Assembly: GCA_013115145.1 (NCBI GenBank)
Contig: JAAPAO010000312.1
Location: 1 to 40,504 of the forward strand
DNA: 40,504 bases
Direction: 5' to 3'
Origin: Perkinsus chesapeaki ATCC PRA-425
Lineage: Eukaryota; Protista; Perkinsozoa
The notes below the pieces were generated by a model. That model was not told the DNA's origin, did not search any database, and was given only the letters and a program-made list of their open reading frames with translations. This document shows, in pieces, positions 21,581 through 33,139 of the stretch. Made by a program: the position numbers and the translations under genes. How positions within the stretch are numbered: the stretch's first letter is position 1; each line of letters opens with the position of its first letter.

Positions 21581-21598
21581 AAAATTGATAGTTAAGTA

Positions 21599-23302
21599 AT
21601 GATGAACAGTTCCACTGAGAAAAAAGCCAGGAAGTGGCTAAAGCGAAAGGAGTACCTCCGTCGAGCGAATCATCAAACACATAACGCAACAAATGAGGAT
21701 AATATTACAGACAATGTGAGAACCTTGAGGTTGGTTTACAGTCTCCTGTAAGATATCTAATAGGTTACTACACTCACTACCTATCATTCATCCCCTTCTA
21801 CCATCAAGGTAAACATAGGTGAACGTATTGTAACTCATTGTAGTTGTGATAAATATTAACACTAGTATGAGTATTGAGTATAGCATTGACAGTTGTTGAT
21901 GACCTTTCAATCATAACACCTCGTATCAAATAATAACTTCTCTCGTACCTTGTTCCACCGTGTATCTTCTACCACAATTCTCCCCTCAGCTTCATCTCTG
22001 TACATTCAACAGTGGTGGTACAGTCCCTCAAGATGAAGACCTAGAGAAGCTCCTCCCCTCAGACAGGAGAGCTTGTGATATCTTTGTTATCGGTATATGC
22101 GAGTTTGGTATGGCGCTTGAAAAGGCCCTGGTTAACGCCAAAAGTTTGAAGGTAAATAATAAAATGTGGCACTTGTAAGAGAACTTTCAGTTACTAAGCC
22201 ATACGTGGACCACTGACATCCTCGACCGTATGGGAGGCGCACACGATTTTGTCTTAACCGCTTGCCGTCAATTACAAGGGCTACTACTAGCCGTCTTCAC
22301 ACGCCGTGAAATGCCTTTTCGTGTGGTTGCTACCAAAACTGATGCCGTGGCAACAGGTATTGGTAATGTTGTTGGAAATAAAGGAGCAGTTATAGTGAAG
22401 CTTATCATGAGACCATCGACTCACGGAGACACCTCGCCATGTAGCAGAGAGATAGCCGCAGATAACCGCACAAGCCTCACATTCGTGCTATGCCATCTAT
22501 GTGCTCATCAACGCAACGTTAGAAAAAGGACTCAAGACTACGAACGCATTATAACCAACACACACCTTCTAAAGCATTTAATGAGTACGGTAGGCAAGGG
22601 CAAGAATAAGGACCATAGACGACCGTCACAACACCATCACTCAACAAAACATAAACACCAAACTGGCATCTTACGACGTTTTAAAAGGCTTTACAAAAAG
22701 AGAGAGAAGGGACATCTTAGTCATCATCAGGCTGAAGGACCTGTCTTCCTCTTTGGTGACTTAAACTTTCGCGTTCAATGTGCGAATCGGGCATACTGCG
22801 ATAAACTACTGGCAATGGGGCGCTTCGACGAATTGTTGAATAAAAGATGCCAATTGACAAGACAATTAGGTATCTCTGACGATAGCAGTAGTGAGGATTC
22901 CAATCACCTTTCCGAATGGTCAAATGAAGATTATGTGGTTAATGGAGCCAGTAGGGCTGTGCCATTGTGGAAGGAGTGGACCGAGGCACCTGTGCTATTT
23001 CCTCCAACTTATAAATTCGACATCGGAACTAACACGTGAGACCAATTCAGCATCCTTGAATGAGGGAGGGAACCAATGGTGCCTATCTTAGGTATGATAC
23101 GTCTGCCAAGCAAAGAATACCCTCATGGACTGACAGAATATTGTGGCGCAGTGACGCTGATAACCATCGTGGCCAAGTCACTTGTCACGTCTACGATAGC
23201 GTTTCGGCAGTTAAATCCTCTGATCATCGCCCAGTCTACGCAAGATTCACTATCGACCTTGGAGTGCCTCCGGAAATACCTACTTTGATGAATGACACTT
23301 GA
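21599..23302 (+). CDS. Inositol polyphosphate 5-phosphatase (IPPc domain)
   Basis: Contains CTFN, DIFVIGICE, TGIGNVVGNKGAV, CHLCAH, FLFGDLNFR, FPPTYKFD, RIPSWTDRILW and SSDHRPV, with GT-AG introns at ~22152 and ~23036. The N-terminal exon (MMNSSTEKK, ATG 21599) is tentative. Confidence 0.93.
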
Positions 23303-23555
23303 TATTCCTACTACTAAAGGAGAAGATTCCGCAATTGGTGGTCAAGATAATTACTACGGCAATGCTACGGACAAGGTGGAGCGCACACCACTGGAACAAT
23401 TACATGCACATTTTATATCAACTTGTCAAGAATGTCGTGGTTTGATGTGATTTGCGTTGTTGAAGTGGAATCTGTTGTGAAGTGCCACACGTTGTAAGCC
23501 ACACCGGCCTCTAAACAAACATATTCTCGAGCAGACAAGAGCATATTCGATATGC

Positions 23556-24526
23556 TTACATGGGTACAGCTATCGAGAAGATCGTAGAAAGATCGTTGTT
23601 TCGTCTCCTTGAGAGGAACCGGTACTGAATGAGCCGTAAGTCACATGTGTTCACAATCGATGTTACACAGCACATGCGAACAGCTTCTCAAATAGACTCA
23701 CTTACGACGGAGGCCTGACAAAAACAGTTAACCGCATCCCGTAGTAGACGGGATGGCCCGTCACTCAAGAAATGCTGATAAAGCTGCGGCGGTGTACGGA
23801 GTTATCGATTATTAATTGATCCCTTCGCTGTAAATGGGAAGCAAGTCGGAACAAGAATTCGCCGTGCAATGCTTGGTGTGAAGTAAATAAGACGGTCTCT
23901 TTAGAGTGCTAGAATATGTTGCTGGCTTATGGAAAAAGTGAGCGGGAATTTGGGAGACTTGAATATGAACTTGACAGGAATTTTATCGAATTACTGTATA
24001 TATTATTTTATAAGTAGCGGTGGTTTGAGGATAATGCTGTAGAGGTTGATCAAGACCAGACAAAAATGGGAGGTTCTAGCTTCACCTTCCATCTCATAGC
24101 CATATGTTGGGGTCTCTTTCTTCGTTCTCGGATAACTGGAACTAATTTCCAAGGCTCTCCTGGAAGATGCATCATTGTGGTCTCGAGGTTATCATGCATG
24201 CTACGATGTGCTCGATTCGTCGGCCCTCGTGGACCCCCAGGGCCCATGTGATGAGGTAACGCTGAATGCATGTTATGGAGATGATCGTAGACACCCGTAA
24301 TGTAGAGCTCCCCATGGGGTCAATCTCACTATCCTCACCCTTTTTCTCTACAACTAGTTCACCAACCTAGCATTCTAGTCGGCACAAGAATCTTAGATGT
24401 CACCCGACTTCAGTTAACTCTGAGCGATAACAAAAACCATGCTCCTGCTGAGATAGCCGTTCCCGGTGCATGGCGCGTCACGCGCCCGTGAGGTAACTCA
24501 ACGTAACTTTTTACGGCGTAGACCAT
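23556..24526 (-). CDS. Hypothetical multi-exon protein
   Basis: Exon-like segments are MVYAVKSYVELPHG...FLLSLR/VGELVVEKKGEDSEIDPMGSSTLR, HFLSDGPSRLLRDAVNCFCQASV and YRFLSRRRNNDLSTIFSIAVPM*, with GT-AG flanks. The middle exons are ambiguous. Confidence 0.3.
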
Positions 24527-24836
24527 GTTCAACTCTGGGGGAGTAAACAAACAATATATATCTAAGCATCTGATCTGTCTTGAGTGATCCCCCACGAGGA
24601 ATCATGGGCTGCCCTTTGGCAGGTCTTTGAGAATACTGCTTGAATAGATCATGTCTTGATCTGTTTGAGGGTCGGGTTCAAACAACAATGTTTCATTGCT
24701 AATCTCAAATTATCAACGACAGGCTTGTGGGTTTTCCTGTTCAGCTGTAAGGTATTCCTACAATACGCATGTATAGCCGTGTAACGTAAGTTATGTCTAG
24801 CAACAATCACGATTATTCAGCATTATTCGACTTAGT

Positions 24837-26255
24837 ATGGCATTTCCACCTAGTGTAGCCCACCTGGTCCCGAGACCGACCCTATTTTACAAAGTACTGG
24901 CCTTTACCTTCACCTTTATATCTTTTGCTATGGTTCATGCTACTCGTAAAAGTATTGCATCTGCTACTCCTCTCCTCAAGGACCCAGATTTCGGCTATAC
25001 CACGGCATTCTTTGGTATCATGAATATCGTCTTCATGTTGACTTATGCCATAGGGATGGTCTTTACTGGAATACTTGGTGATATTTATAATCCTCTAGTT
25101 GTTCTACTCTGCGCCGCCATTCTGATAGCATCAGTTCAGTGTACATTCGCTGTGCTTGTTGTCTTTTTTACTGCACCTGGACTCCACTATCTGTACTATG
25201 TCATGAACGCATGTAACGGAATTTCCCAATCAATCGTATGGCCAGTGCTTGTTAAGGTTATGAGTAGCTATTTTGGAGCTGCCCACTCTGGTATCATTTT
25301 TAGTCTTTGGACATCTAGCACCGCAGTCGGCAACATTATAGGAGCGAGTTTGGCATCATTAATGATATTCTTCTTGGGCGACAATAAGGGAATGGTTATA
25401 GTCATGACACTCATCACTCCAGCGCTGATGCTTGTCATTATGAGCATTTTAACTTTCGTCTGTCTTCCGGAGACCCTCGACAAGGCTCTCTGCAGTCGAG
25501 TAGCAGCAGCAGACAAGTCTAACACAGGATTTGTGGAGAAAGATGTCACGGTGAAAGGTTATGATGAAGAAGAACAAGGAGACTCGCGACAACCAAATCA
25601 ACAGCGGATCAATATCTGGCGCGTGTGGCTCATCCCAGGTGTGTTTATATATGCATTAGCCTACGCGTGCATTGAAGGATCCCAATATGCCATTTTCTTC
25701 TGGTTACCACTATACCTTAATGAGCATACACATCTTCCTCCTGAGCAAGCTAATTTTATCGATACCATTTATAATGTTGGTGTGGTGGTGGGTAGTCTTG
25801 CCTGTGGTTGGCTATCTGATATGACGGCTGTTATCGCGGATTCTGGCAGAGCTCCTTATCTCTTCCTCTTTCAAGTTTTGTCCTTGATTCCTGTATCCCT
25901 ACTTCACGTCGAAGAGCCTTCAATAGCCTATTTGTATGTCACGCTTTCTTTAGCCGGCTTCTTTATCGGTGGTGTGGCTAATGTTGTATCTTCCGCTGTA
26001 TGCACCGATTTAGGCCGGCGGGATGCTCTTAAAGGGAATCGAGATGCTGTCAGCCAAATAGCGGGTATTATTGAAGGTATTGGTGCATGTGGTGCAGCTA
26101 TCCAACAAGGTTTAGTATTATGGATTGCTACCTATAGTTGGGGTGGTGTATTCATTCTTCTGCCCGTGGCTATTGGTATCTCATGCGTGCTGATGGCCAG
26201 CCTGGCATACAGGGAAACCAAAGCTTATATAATCGGTCGATTAGGCCGACAGTAG
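24837..26255 (+). CDS. MFS sugar-phosphate transporter (SLC37/OPA family, G6P/G3P-type), intronless
   Basis: 472-aa ORF with ~12 hydrophobic segments and the motifs HATRKS, GILGDIY, GWLSD and DLG...LKGNRDAVSQIAGIIEGIGACGAAIQ typical of SLC37. Confidence 0.92.
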   Translation: MAFPPSVAHLVPRPTLFYKVLAFTFTFISFAMVHATRKSIASATPLLKDPDFGYTTAFFGIMNIVFMLTYAIGMVFTGILGDIYNPLVVLLCAAILIASVQCTFAVLVVFFTAPGLHYLYYVMNACNGISQSIVWPVLVKVMSSYFGAAHSGIIFSLWTSSTAVGNIIGASLASLMIFFLGDNKGMVIVMTLITPALMLVIMSILTFVCLPETLDKALCSRVAAADKSNTGFVEKDVTVKGYDEEEQGDSRQPNQQRINIWRVWLIPGVFIYALAYACIEGSQYAIFFWLPLYLNEHTHLPPEQANFIDTIYNVGVVVGSLACGWLSDMTAVIADSGRAPYLFLFQVLSLIPVSLLHVEEPSIAYLYVTLSLAGFFIGGVANVVSSAVCTDLGRRDALKGNRDAVSQIAGIIEGIGACGAAIQQGLVLWIATYSWGGVFILLPVAIGISCVLMASLAYRETKAYIIGRLGRQ

Positions 26256-26630
26256 GCCGCCAATTGTAAGCCCCCGTTTAACTCGTTATGCTAATATTGC
26301 TTATTATAATATTAAGTCTAACTAATAGGCTTTAACAAGTTAGGTGCTGCTAATGTTGCAGAGTAGTGATCAAATGTGCTGATATTTATATAAGGTGACC
26401 TATCTTATTGTTCCCAGCGAGGGGGTGTACCTTAGACTCTCAACGTCTTTATCGTAATTCATTTAGAAAGATAAATCAGTGGCAAAGATCTTCTATCTAA
26501 CTCTTGCTTCGAATAAGAAGCTCAACAAATGCGCTGCTATTTCACGACGATAATCGATAATCTTAGTTTGATCCTATTACTATTCACTATTATCACTATT
26601 CTATTTCTAGCCTTATAAATATTGAGTTGA

Positions 26631-27170
26631 TTATCTACTACAGTTGTAGTAAACGGGACGAATACGGATGACACGGTAGTGTTGGGAGGACGAACCAAAA
26701 TGCACTCGGACATGACGATTGATAGTGGCTGCTGCTGCTGTTACTGTTGTTGTTGTTGCTGCTGCTGTTACTGTTGTTGTTGTTGCTGCTGCTGTTACTG
26801 TTGTTGTTGCTGCTGCTTGCAACGAGAATTCATGAAACGTGTCTTTCCCTCTTTGAATGGCCATTAATGATGACTCACTACTGCTGGTTATTAACACAAC
26901 ATGGTACCTGGGGCAAACCTGATCGATCACTCTACTGGCTGTCAAGCACATCATGAGCTGACTTGTTAGTAGGCAATGATGGCCCACTATACCCCACGAT
27001 TTATTAATTAATGTGTGCCATCATCATCATCATCTGCCATGTGTACTTATGATGGAAGGGGCAACTTGCCGCCGCCGCCGCCTTCCAAAGAGGGTGTGTG
27101 GGGCATATCCTGCTCACAAGAATGCCAATCCTTACTATACAAACTAGTAAGGCCACTAAGACATTGTATA
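26631..27170 (-). CDS. Possible 3' exons of a hypothetical protein with a Thr/Ala repeat
   Basis: Acceptor TTTGCCCCAG is followed by YHVVLITSSSESSLMAIQRGKDTFHEFSLQ(AAATTTTVT-like)x3...RPVYYNCSR*. Upstream exons are only tentatively in phase. Confidence 0.3.
26728..26817. repeat. Compound trinucleotide repeat with 27-nt period (GCTGCTGCTGTTACTGTTGTTGTTGTT, ~3.3 units)
   Basis: Read directly from the sequence. Confidence 0.92.
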
Positions 27171-27686
27171 GCTATGTACACCATTTCAACTTATTGGCCT
27201 ATTGGAGAATAGTAAGTTGAAGAATTAAGACGGGTGAACTCAACATTAGGGCTTCAATAGAAGCCAGCAGAAGGCTAGGCTACAAGTAATAAGCTGATGG
27301 AGGAAGTGATGATAAGAATTGGGACAACACCAGAAGAAGAAGAAGAAGGATGCAGCTCTTGTTAAAGGTAATGTACCCGTAGTAATTGCCAAAATGAGAT
27401 ATGAGCTGTCGCCTGTGACATAACGTCAATAAGAAGGTTTAGTACTTATTCAAGAGCAGACACGAAGCAATCGTTATGATAATAACATGATAACAACTGC
27501 TGGAACAACAACGACAACAACTCATACACTATTCTGGTTCTATAGGGAGGTAGTCAAAGTATGTGATGCGGGTTATTCATATTTCAATGATTACCCATAC
27601 TCTTCTATTATATTACTTAACAAAACGAGATATAACATTATTAACATCATAATAATTAGCACACATATATGATTATAGTTCAACAA

Positions 27687-28243
27687 CTACATATTATCCA
27701 TAGCAGTACGAATCTTTCCGTCATTTGCCTTTAAGTCTTTAAGGACTTTATCTACGTCTATTCCCGATGCGACCTTCGAGCACGCCTCAGCATTTATCGG
27801 CGGAGTAACTTTGATAGATTTCAAAAGACTTTGGGGCATCATTCCCGTCATAGTTTTCCAGTCTCTTTGTTTGTTCTTTTGTTCTCCGGTTTCCTCTGAA
27901 TCCCCTGCCGTCACCTTAACCTGCTTACCTCTCCCATCACTAAAGTAAATTAAAGTAAGATTATAAATAGATAATATTACAATATATAATCGAAATCAGT
28001 ATCGATTTCATGAACCTTTAAGTAAGTTGGCTCGCCTTCTTTGGTAGTTCCAATTTTAATCTCAAAGTTTCCTGGTTTAGTAATAGTGCAACCTGCACTA
28101 TCGCCCTTAACCTAAATCGACGCTACCACCGAGTGTGTATCAGTTATACATACTTGTAGACCTTTGGGGCGAGAATTTTTCTTTAGCGAAGCATTCGCTA
28201 CAGAAGCCAGAATCACCATAGCGTTCACAGCGTTGAACTTCAT
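27687..28243 (-). CDS. Small secreted protein (~158 aa, 3 exons), no recognised family
   Basis: MKFNAVNAMVILASVANA signal peptide; a 42-nt phase-0 intron; VKGDSAGCTITKPGNFEIKIG...DFDYI; a 41-nt phase-2 intron; FDGRGKQVKVTAGDS...RTAMDNM*. Confidence 0.8.
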
Positions 28244-28743
28244 ATCTTTTACTTGAGATATATAACTAATAACGGAGAATTATTAACCGAAAGCTAAAGC
28301 TGAGGACGTCTCCTGGGGGGAATTCAAAATCGCACAAACCAGGCGATGCTCTTTATAAAGGGGCGATGCTCTTTCTGACGATAGAATGTGCACCTCTGAC
28401 GATGTTGAGTAGCCTACTCAGAGTAGGTTATTCTTATTATAATTGGTCGACAAGTAATTAAGGATGAACTGCTGCTGCTACCGGCATCCAATGATAGTGG
28501 TGTAGTGTTTATACGATGAGTATCGAATACTTACTGTGAATAATCTCTATATATAAGTTAGAGTTCATAATAATCTATTAATAACTCTCCACGAGCTGTG
28601 TATCAACCCTCTTCTCAGCAATCATCTGGTTTATTTCTAATTTTAACTAGTGTAATTCAATTATTCATCATTCATACAGAAACATGTTAATTATTAAAGT
28701 GTATATGAATGATATAACAGGATGATAATGATGATGATAATGA

Positions 28744-31248
28744 TCAATAATGAATGTTTAAGAATGCTCTAGTTGCATTAAGTGCACAACTGATAATATG
28801 ATCTTCATTCTCATAACGATAGTTATCCTCCTCCTTTTTGTTGTTCTCTTTATTGTCTATTTTATTCAAGTATCTTCCTCCTAATTCATGTACTGTTCTT
28901 AAATCCTAAATAATAAATATTAACAACGCTAATGTTAAGTAACATACTCGGCTTCGCTGTAATATATCCTCCACCATTTCTGATGTTATTGATTTATTAA
29001 TATTTATTATTGACTTATTCTCTTCTTCAATAATAACCCATCTCACAAATGATAATGCAGCCTCAACATATGGTGTAATACCTTTAGACATACTACTAAT
29101 ACTGCTGCTACTCCTACATCCTGCTGCTGCTATGGACCAACTCATCTGATAATATTACTAATGAGGGGGCTCATCCTCATAATCCTCATCATCACTTCTC
29201 TTTACCTCTTTCTCAATACCATTAACATCCATAAATTTAAATATCCCATTAGCTTCATCAATACCTTTACCACCTTTACCACTACTATAAAATATTATTC
29301 TACTTTTATCATTGAATAAACAACGATAATAATAATATAATGATGAATGGTAGTTATAACAACTTTCATGGTAGCTTGGTAGCTCATAGCAGAAAAAGCT
29401 TCCAACATCTGGCCAAACTCTTTCATATAATAAACGAAGTTCATTTATACTTCCACCATAACCATAACCACGCTGAGAAATATCATCATTAGTACGTAAT
29501 GCTGCTGCTGCTCTTGTTGTTGTCAATGATGATGATGATGTCTTATTATTTCTTATTATATATTTCATAGCTTTATCAACTAATTCAACTTGTCTTTTGT
29601 ATGTCGATGATTTTGGTAAAGATTTACTTGACCATATTTGTTCAGTCGATGAGGTTCCAGTGACATAAGTCCAAAATATATTATCAACAATTGATGATAT
29701 TTTACAACAATTTGACACTATGATGAATTGTTGTTCATTAGTGCTGGAAATAAGACAATTCTCATTATCACGTAGACTAATAATAGCATCTTGTGTAATG
29801 ACCTAAAAGAGGGAAAGGAGCCCTACATATACAACAACAACCCTTCAGAAAGAAGCTTAAGGTCATCAATTTCACTAAGAACGATATCAATTTTGGTTTG
29901 TACTTTCAACTAGACAGATGAATCTGCTCTCATTGCAGAATGTGTGAAGCTGTGGCGTCCCCCTTTCAGAGATCTTCCTGGGAGAATCTTCGAGAAGGAT
30001 ACTTTTGCGCAACGCGAAGAATTCGTTCACACTATATTGTACATTTTTGGCCGTATGAGGATTCTTCTGTGTAGATGGAAGTATAACCGAAATTGATGTC
30101 CTTGTCAGCGAAATTGATTCCCCTATTATTCGCTAAATTGATGGCCTCAAGCGTATGGCTGTATGGTGATAATATACTGCAATAACATATATTTACCATT
30201 GATATTCTTGAACCAGATCCTTTATTAGATAATGTTGGTAGTTGTATAAATGGATTTATCTTATCATCATCATCATCATCATCCATGCTGCTGCTCCTCA
30301 TCCTCATTATACTCATATACTCCATATTATCACCAAGCTGGGGTAGTTTATGATAAACATTAACCTCACCAATACCACCATCTATTGTATTATTAATTAA
30401 TAATGATTGTGGTATAATATCGGATGCCCAAGATGGTAACTATTAATAATAATAAAGTTACATTGTACCTTTATTATTATAGTATCCTAATACATTAATA
30501 ACCTTTAATGCTAATTTAAATGCTGGAATGAATGCATTATGTATAATCGTATTATCATTATTAATAAATCCTTCTTTTGTTATCATAGTATAGGTATACC
30601 ATACACCACTTGATGTAGCTGATGTAGCTAACAACAATAACAACACTAACACCAACAACAGTCCTCTACTACTGCTACTACTACCTTGAGTATCTAATAA
30701 TACTGGCCATTCTATCTTATAACGTAAATAATAATTATATTTATATAATATAAGACATGCTTCCATCTCATGATCTATTTTACCCTTAATAATAACATCA
30801 CCAGTTAATGGTAATATCTCAGCTTCTCCTTCCCATTTAACTGATCTTAACTTTTTATTGCTTTTCTTGTACACTTTATTATTATTAATATATCTAATAA
30901 CACCAATTAACCCAACAACCTCTTACTTTACATAATAATAATAAACCTTACATTGGGCTCTTTAATACATATTTATTATTAAATAAACATTGATAATGTG
31001 ATAACTGTGTTAATGCCTTCTTATACTTCGACGTTGTATATTCTAGACACTAAGTAGTAATATTCATGATGGTAATATCCTCTATTAGTATTATTATTGT
31101 TAATTACCATCCTTATTATATTCCCATCTTGTTCGTGTATTGTTGCATAATTATGTCTTGGTGGTTTATGTATTATATAACCATATTTATCATCTTTACC
31201 TTCACATCTACCATTATCATATATTATTATTTCATCCATCCCTACCAT
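28744..31248 (-). CDS. C5orf34-like (DUF4524/DUF4520-type) protein, multi-exon
   Basis: Segments IIYDNGRCEG...IIRM/CLEYTTSKYKKAL, W...GDVIIKG...ACLIL...YKIEWPVLL, WYTYTMITKEGF...FIPAFKLAL and PYVEAALSFVRW recall the C5orf34 family as I remember it (not searched). The last exon ends ...RAFLNIHY* (TGA 28744-28746). The gene is well supported; the family call is moderate. Confidence 0.5.
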
Positions 31249-31348
31249 ATTATTAACAATATTACTAACTCAACAATAATAATACTAAAATACGATGTAC
31301 GACAGCAATTCATAATCGATATCATCATGACATTCTCTCTCTCTCTCT

Positions 31349-33073
31349 TTATAATTCACCACTGGCCTTCCTACTACCCCCTTTACTACCATACCATCCT
31401 CCTACTCCACCAGTTCCTCCTGTACTATCATCATTACCTGCCATTCTTCTACTTGTTTGTATACTGGCTTTATGTTTATTCATAACCCAATCTTCAGCAA
31501 TAACTGCTGGTGTTGTGCACATTGTACCAGCAATATCTAAATATTAATAATAAGTACTACTACATATCATTTATACTGCGCCCCCGCCGCCCTGCAGCCT
31601 TGCCATGCTGATTACCTCTACAATCTATCCTAGTCTTTGAATCAATATAATGATAATATCTGACGGACAATAATAACAACAATATCAACAGCAGCATAAA
31701 CATCATCATTAGTCAAACAACGACGATGATGATGATGATGATGACAGCACTTACACAAATGAGAATCTACCGTTATGTTTTTCAACTCCTGGTTTATCAA
31801 GTTTTTGTCCTGTTTCAATAACACGATGATCAACTGTTCTCCATCTACCCCCAGTCCATAAACTAACAAATATAATATCTAATATTCATAATAATAATTA
31901 ATAATACTTCATTAATTCACCAACATGTACTAATAATTCCTCTTCATTAGAATCTACACGGGTCCATCCATTAGTCCCATGTTGTATCTCTAAACCAGAG
32001 TTATCAACCTATTATCACCGATATAATGATATTAATAATGATATTAATAATGATATTAATAATAATATACCTGTTTAGTAAGTGTAATAAGGCCATAATG
32101 TCTATGCGCTCCTGATCTTACTGTGCCTATAAAGAATGATAATAAATGCATATCTATAATAGTTATTATTATTACCTTTAGGTATAGTATCAACCCTTTC
32201 AGTATCATTACTACCACTTATCTTTACCTCACGTGTAGGTACTGGATAATGTATAGCTTTTAATAATGATCTATGTTGTGATGATTTACGTAAAAAGAAT
32301 TCTTCAGTAAGGCCTATAATAATAATACACCTTATTATTGTTATATAGTTACAATTCATACTACTACTACTACTACCTAATGCATGTGCCATACATTTTA
32401 ATATCTCATTAGAAGTAAACTCCGTACGTCTATAATAATTCTCCCAGATAGCACTAAAGTCCCCTGGTGATTGAGGCCAGTAGGTCTGTTTCTGAGTATT
32501 CAACAAGTATCATTAAACTATATCAACATATTAACAATAATAACATACATTATTATCATCAGTATGGCCAACCATTACTGTAAATGATTCTTCTGTATCA
32601 CCCAGTGCACTCCTAACAATATTAATAAGTAATGTTAGTAATTATCTACCTACGTATGAGTCTCATAACCATGCGTATTATCTTGATTAACTGGTATCTA
32701 AAGGAAATATGGTATTATTAATAATACTCAATAGCCACCATACTTTCATTTTCTCATCTTTAGGTCTATTAAAATATCTTCTAGTTGTATCATATAGCTC
32801 AATCTGTAATGTAGGACTAATATCGGTATTAATGGCAATAAAGGCACCATATTTGTCGAGGGCTGATGCTATCTGATGAAAGGCTTATTAAAGATATTAA
32901 ATCTTGACCATCACCTCTGATCCACACTTCTTAAGATTGCTTGTATATGATCCATTAGTAGGATGTAGAACTGGATATAGGTCTATTTTAGGTATACCAC
33001 CACCACCGGCTTTGATGAGGTATATGGTAGATAGGAGAAAATTGGCAATGACAATAAGAGGATTATGTAGCAT
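31349..33073 (-). CDS. 2-oxoglutarate/Fe(II)-dependent oxygenase (IPNS/DIOX_N + 2OG-FeII_Oxy fold) with N-terminal signal/anchor
   Basis: Contains GIPKIDL, IASALDKYGAF, RYFNRPKDEKMK, LLKAIHYP, VRSGAHRHYGLITL, GLEIQ...GWTRV, LLVHVGELMN/LWTGGRWRTVDHRV and GRFSFV. The N-terminus is hydrophobic (MLHNPLIVIANFLLSTIYLIKAG). Confidence 0.9.
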
Positions 33074-33139
33074 TATAAATAACACTATTTATATTATTAA
33101 TTGACAACACAATAACAATATAATGCTAACATCAATATG

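Noticed and set aside
23735-23755. Perfect 8-bp hairpin CATCCCGT-AGTAG-ACGGGATG as terminator or ncRNA
   Set aside because: It lies in a probable exon, has no U-tract, and the host is eukaryotic; a hairpin of this size can arise by chance.
26679-26956. Poly-Cys and poly-Leu ORFs on the plus strand
   Set aside because: Alternative frames of a trinucleotide repeat.
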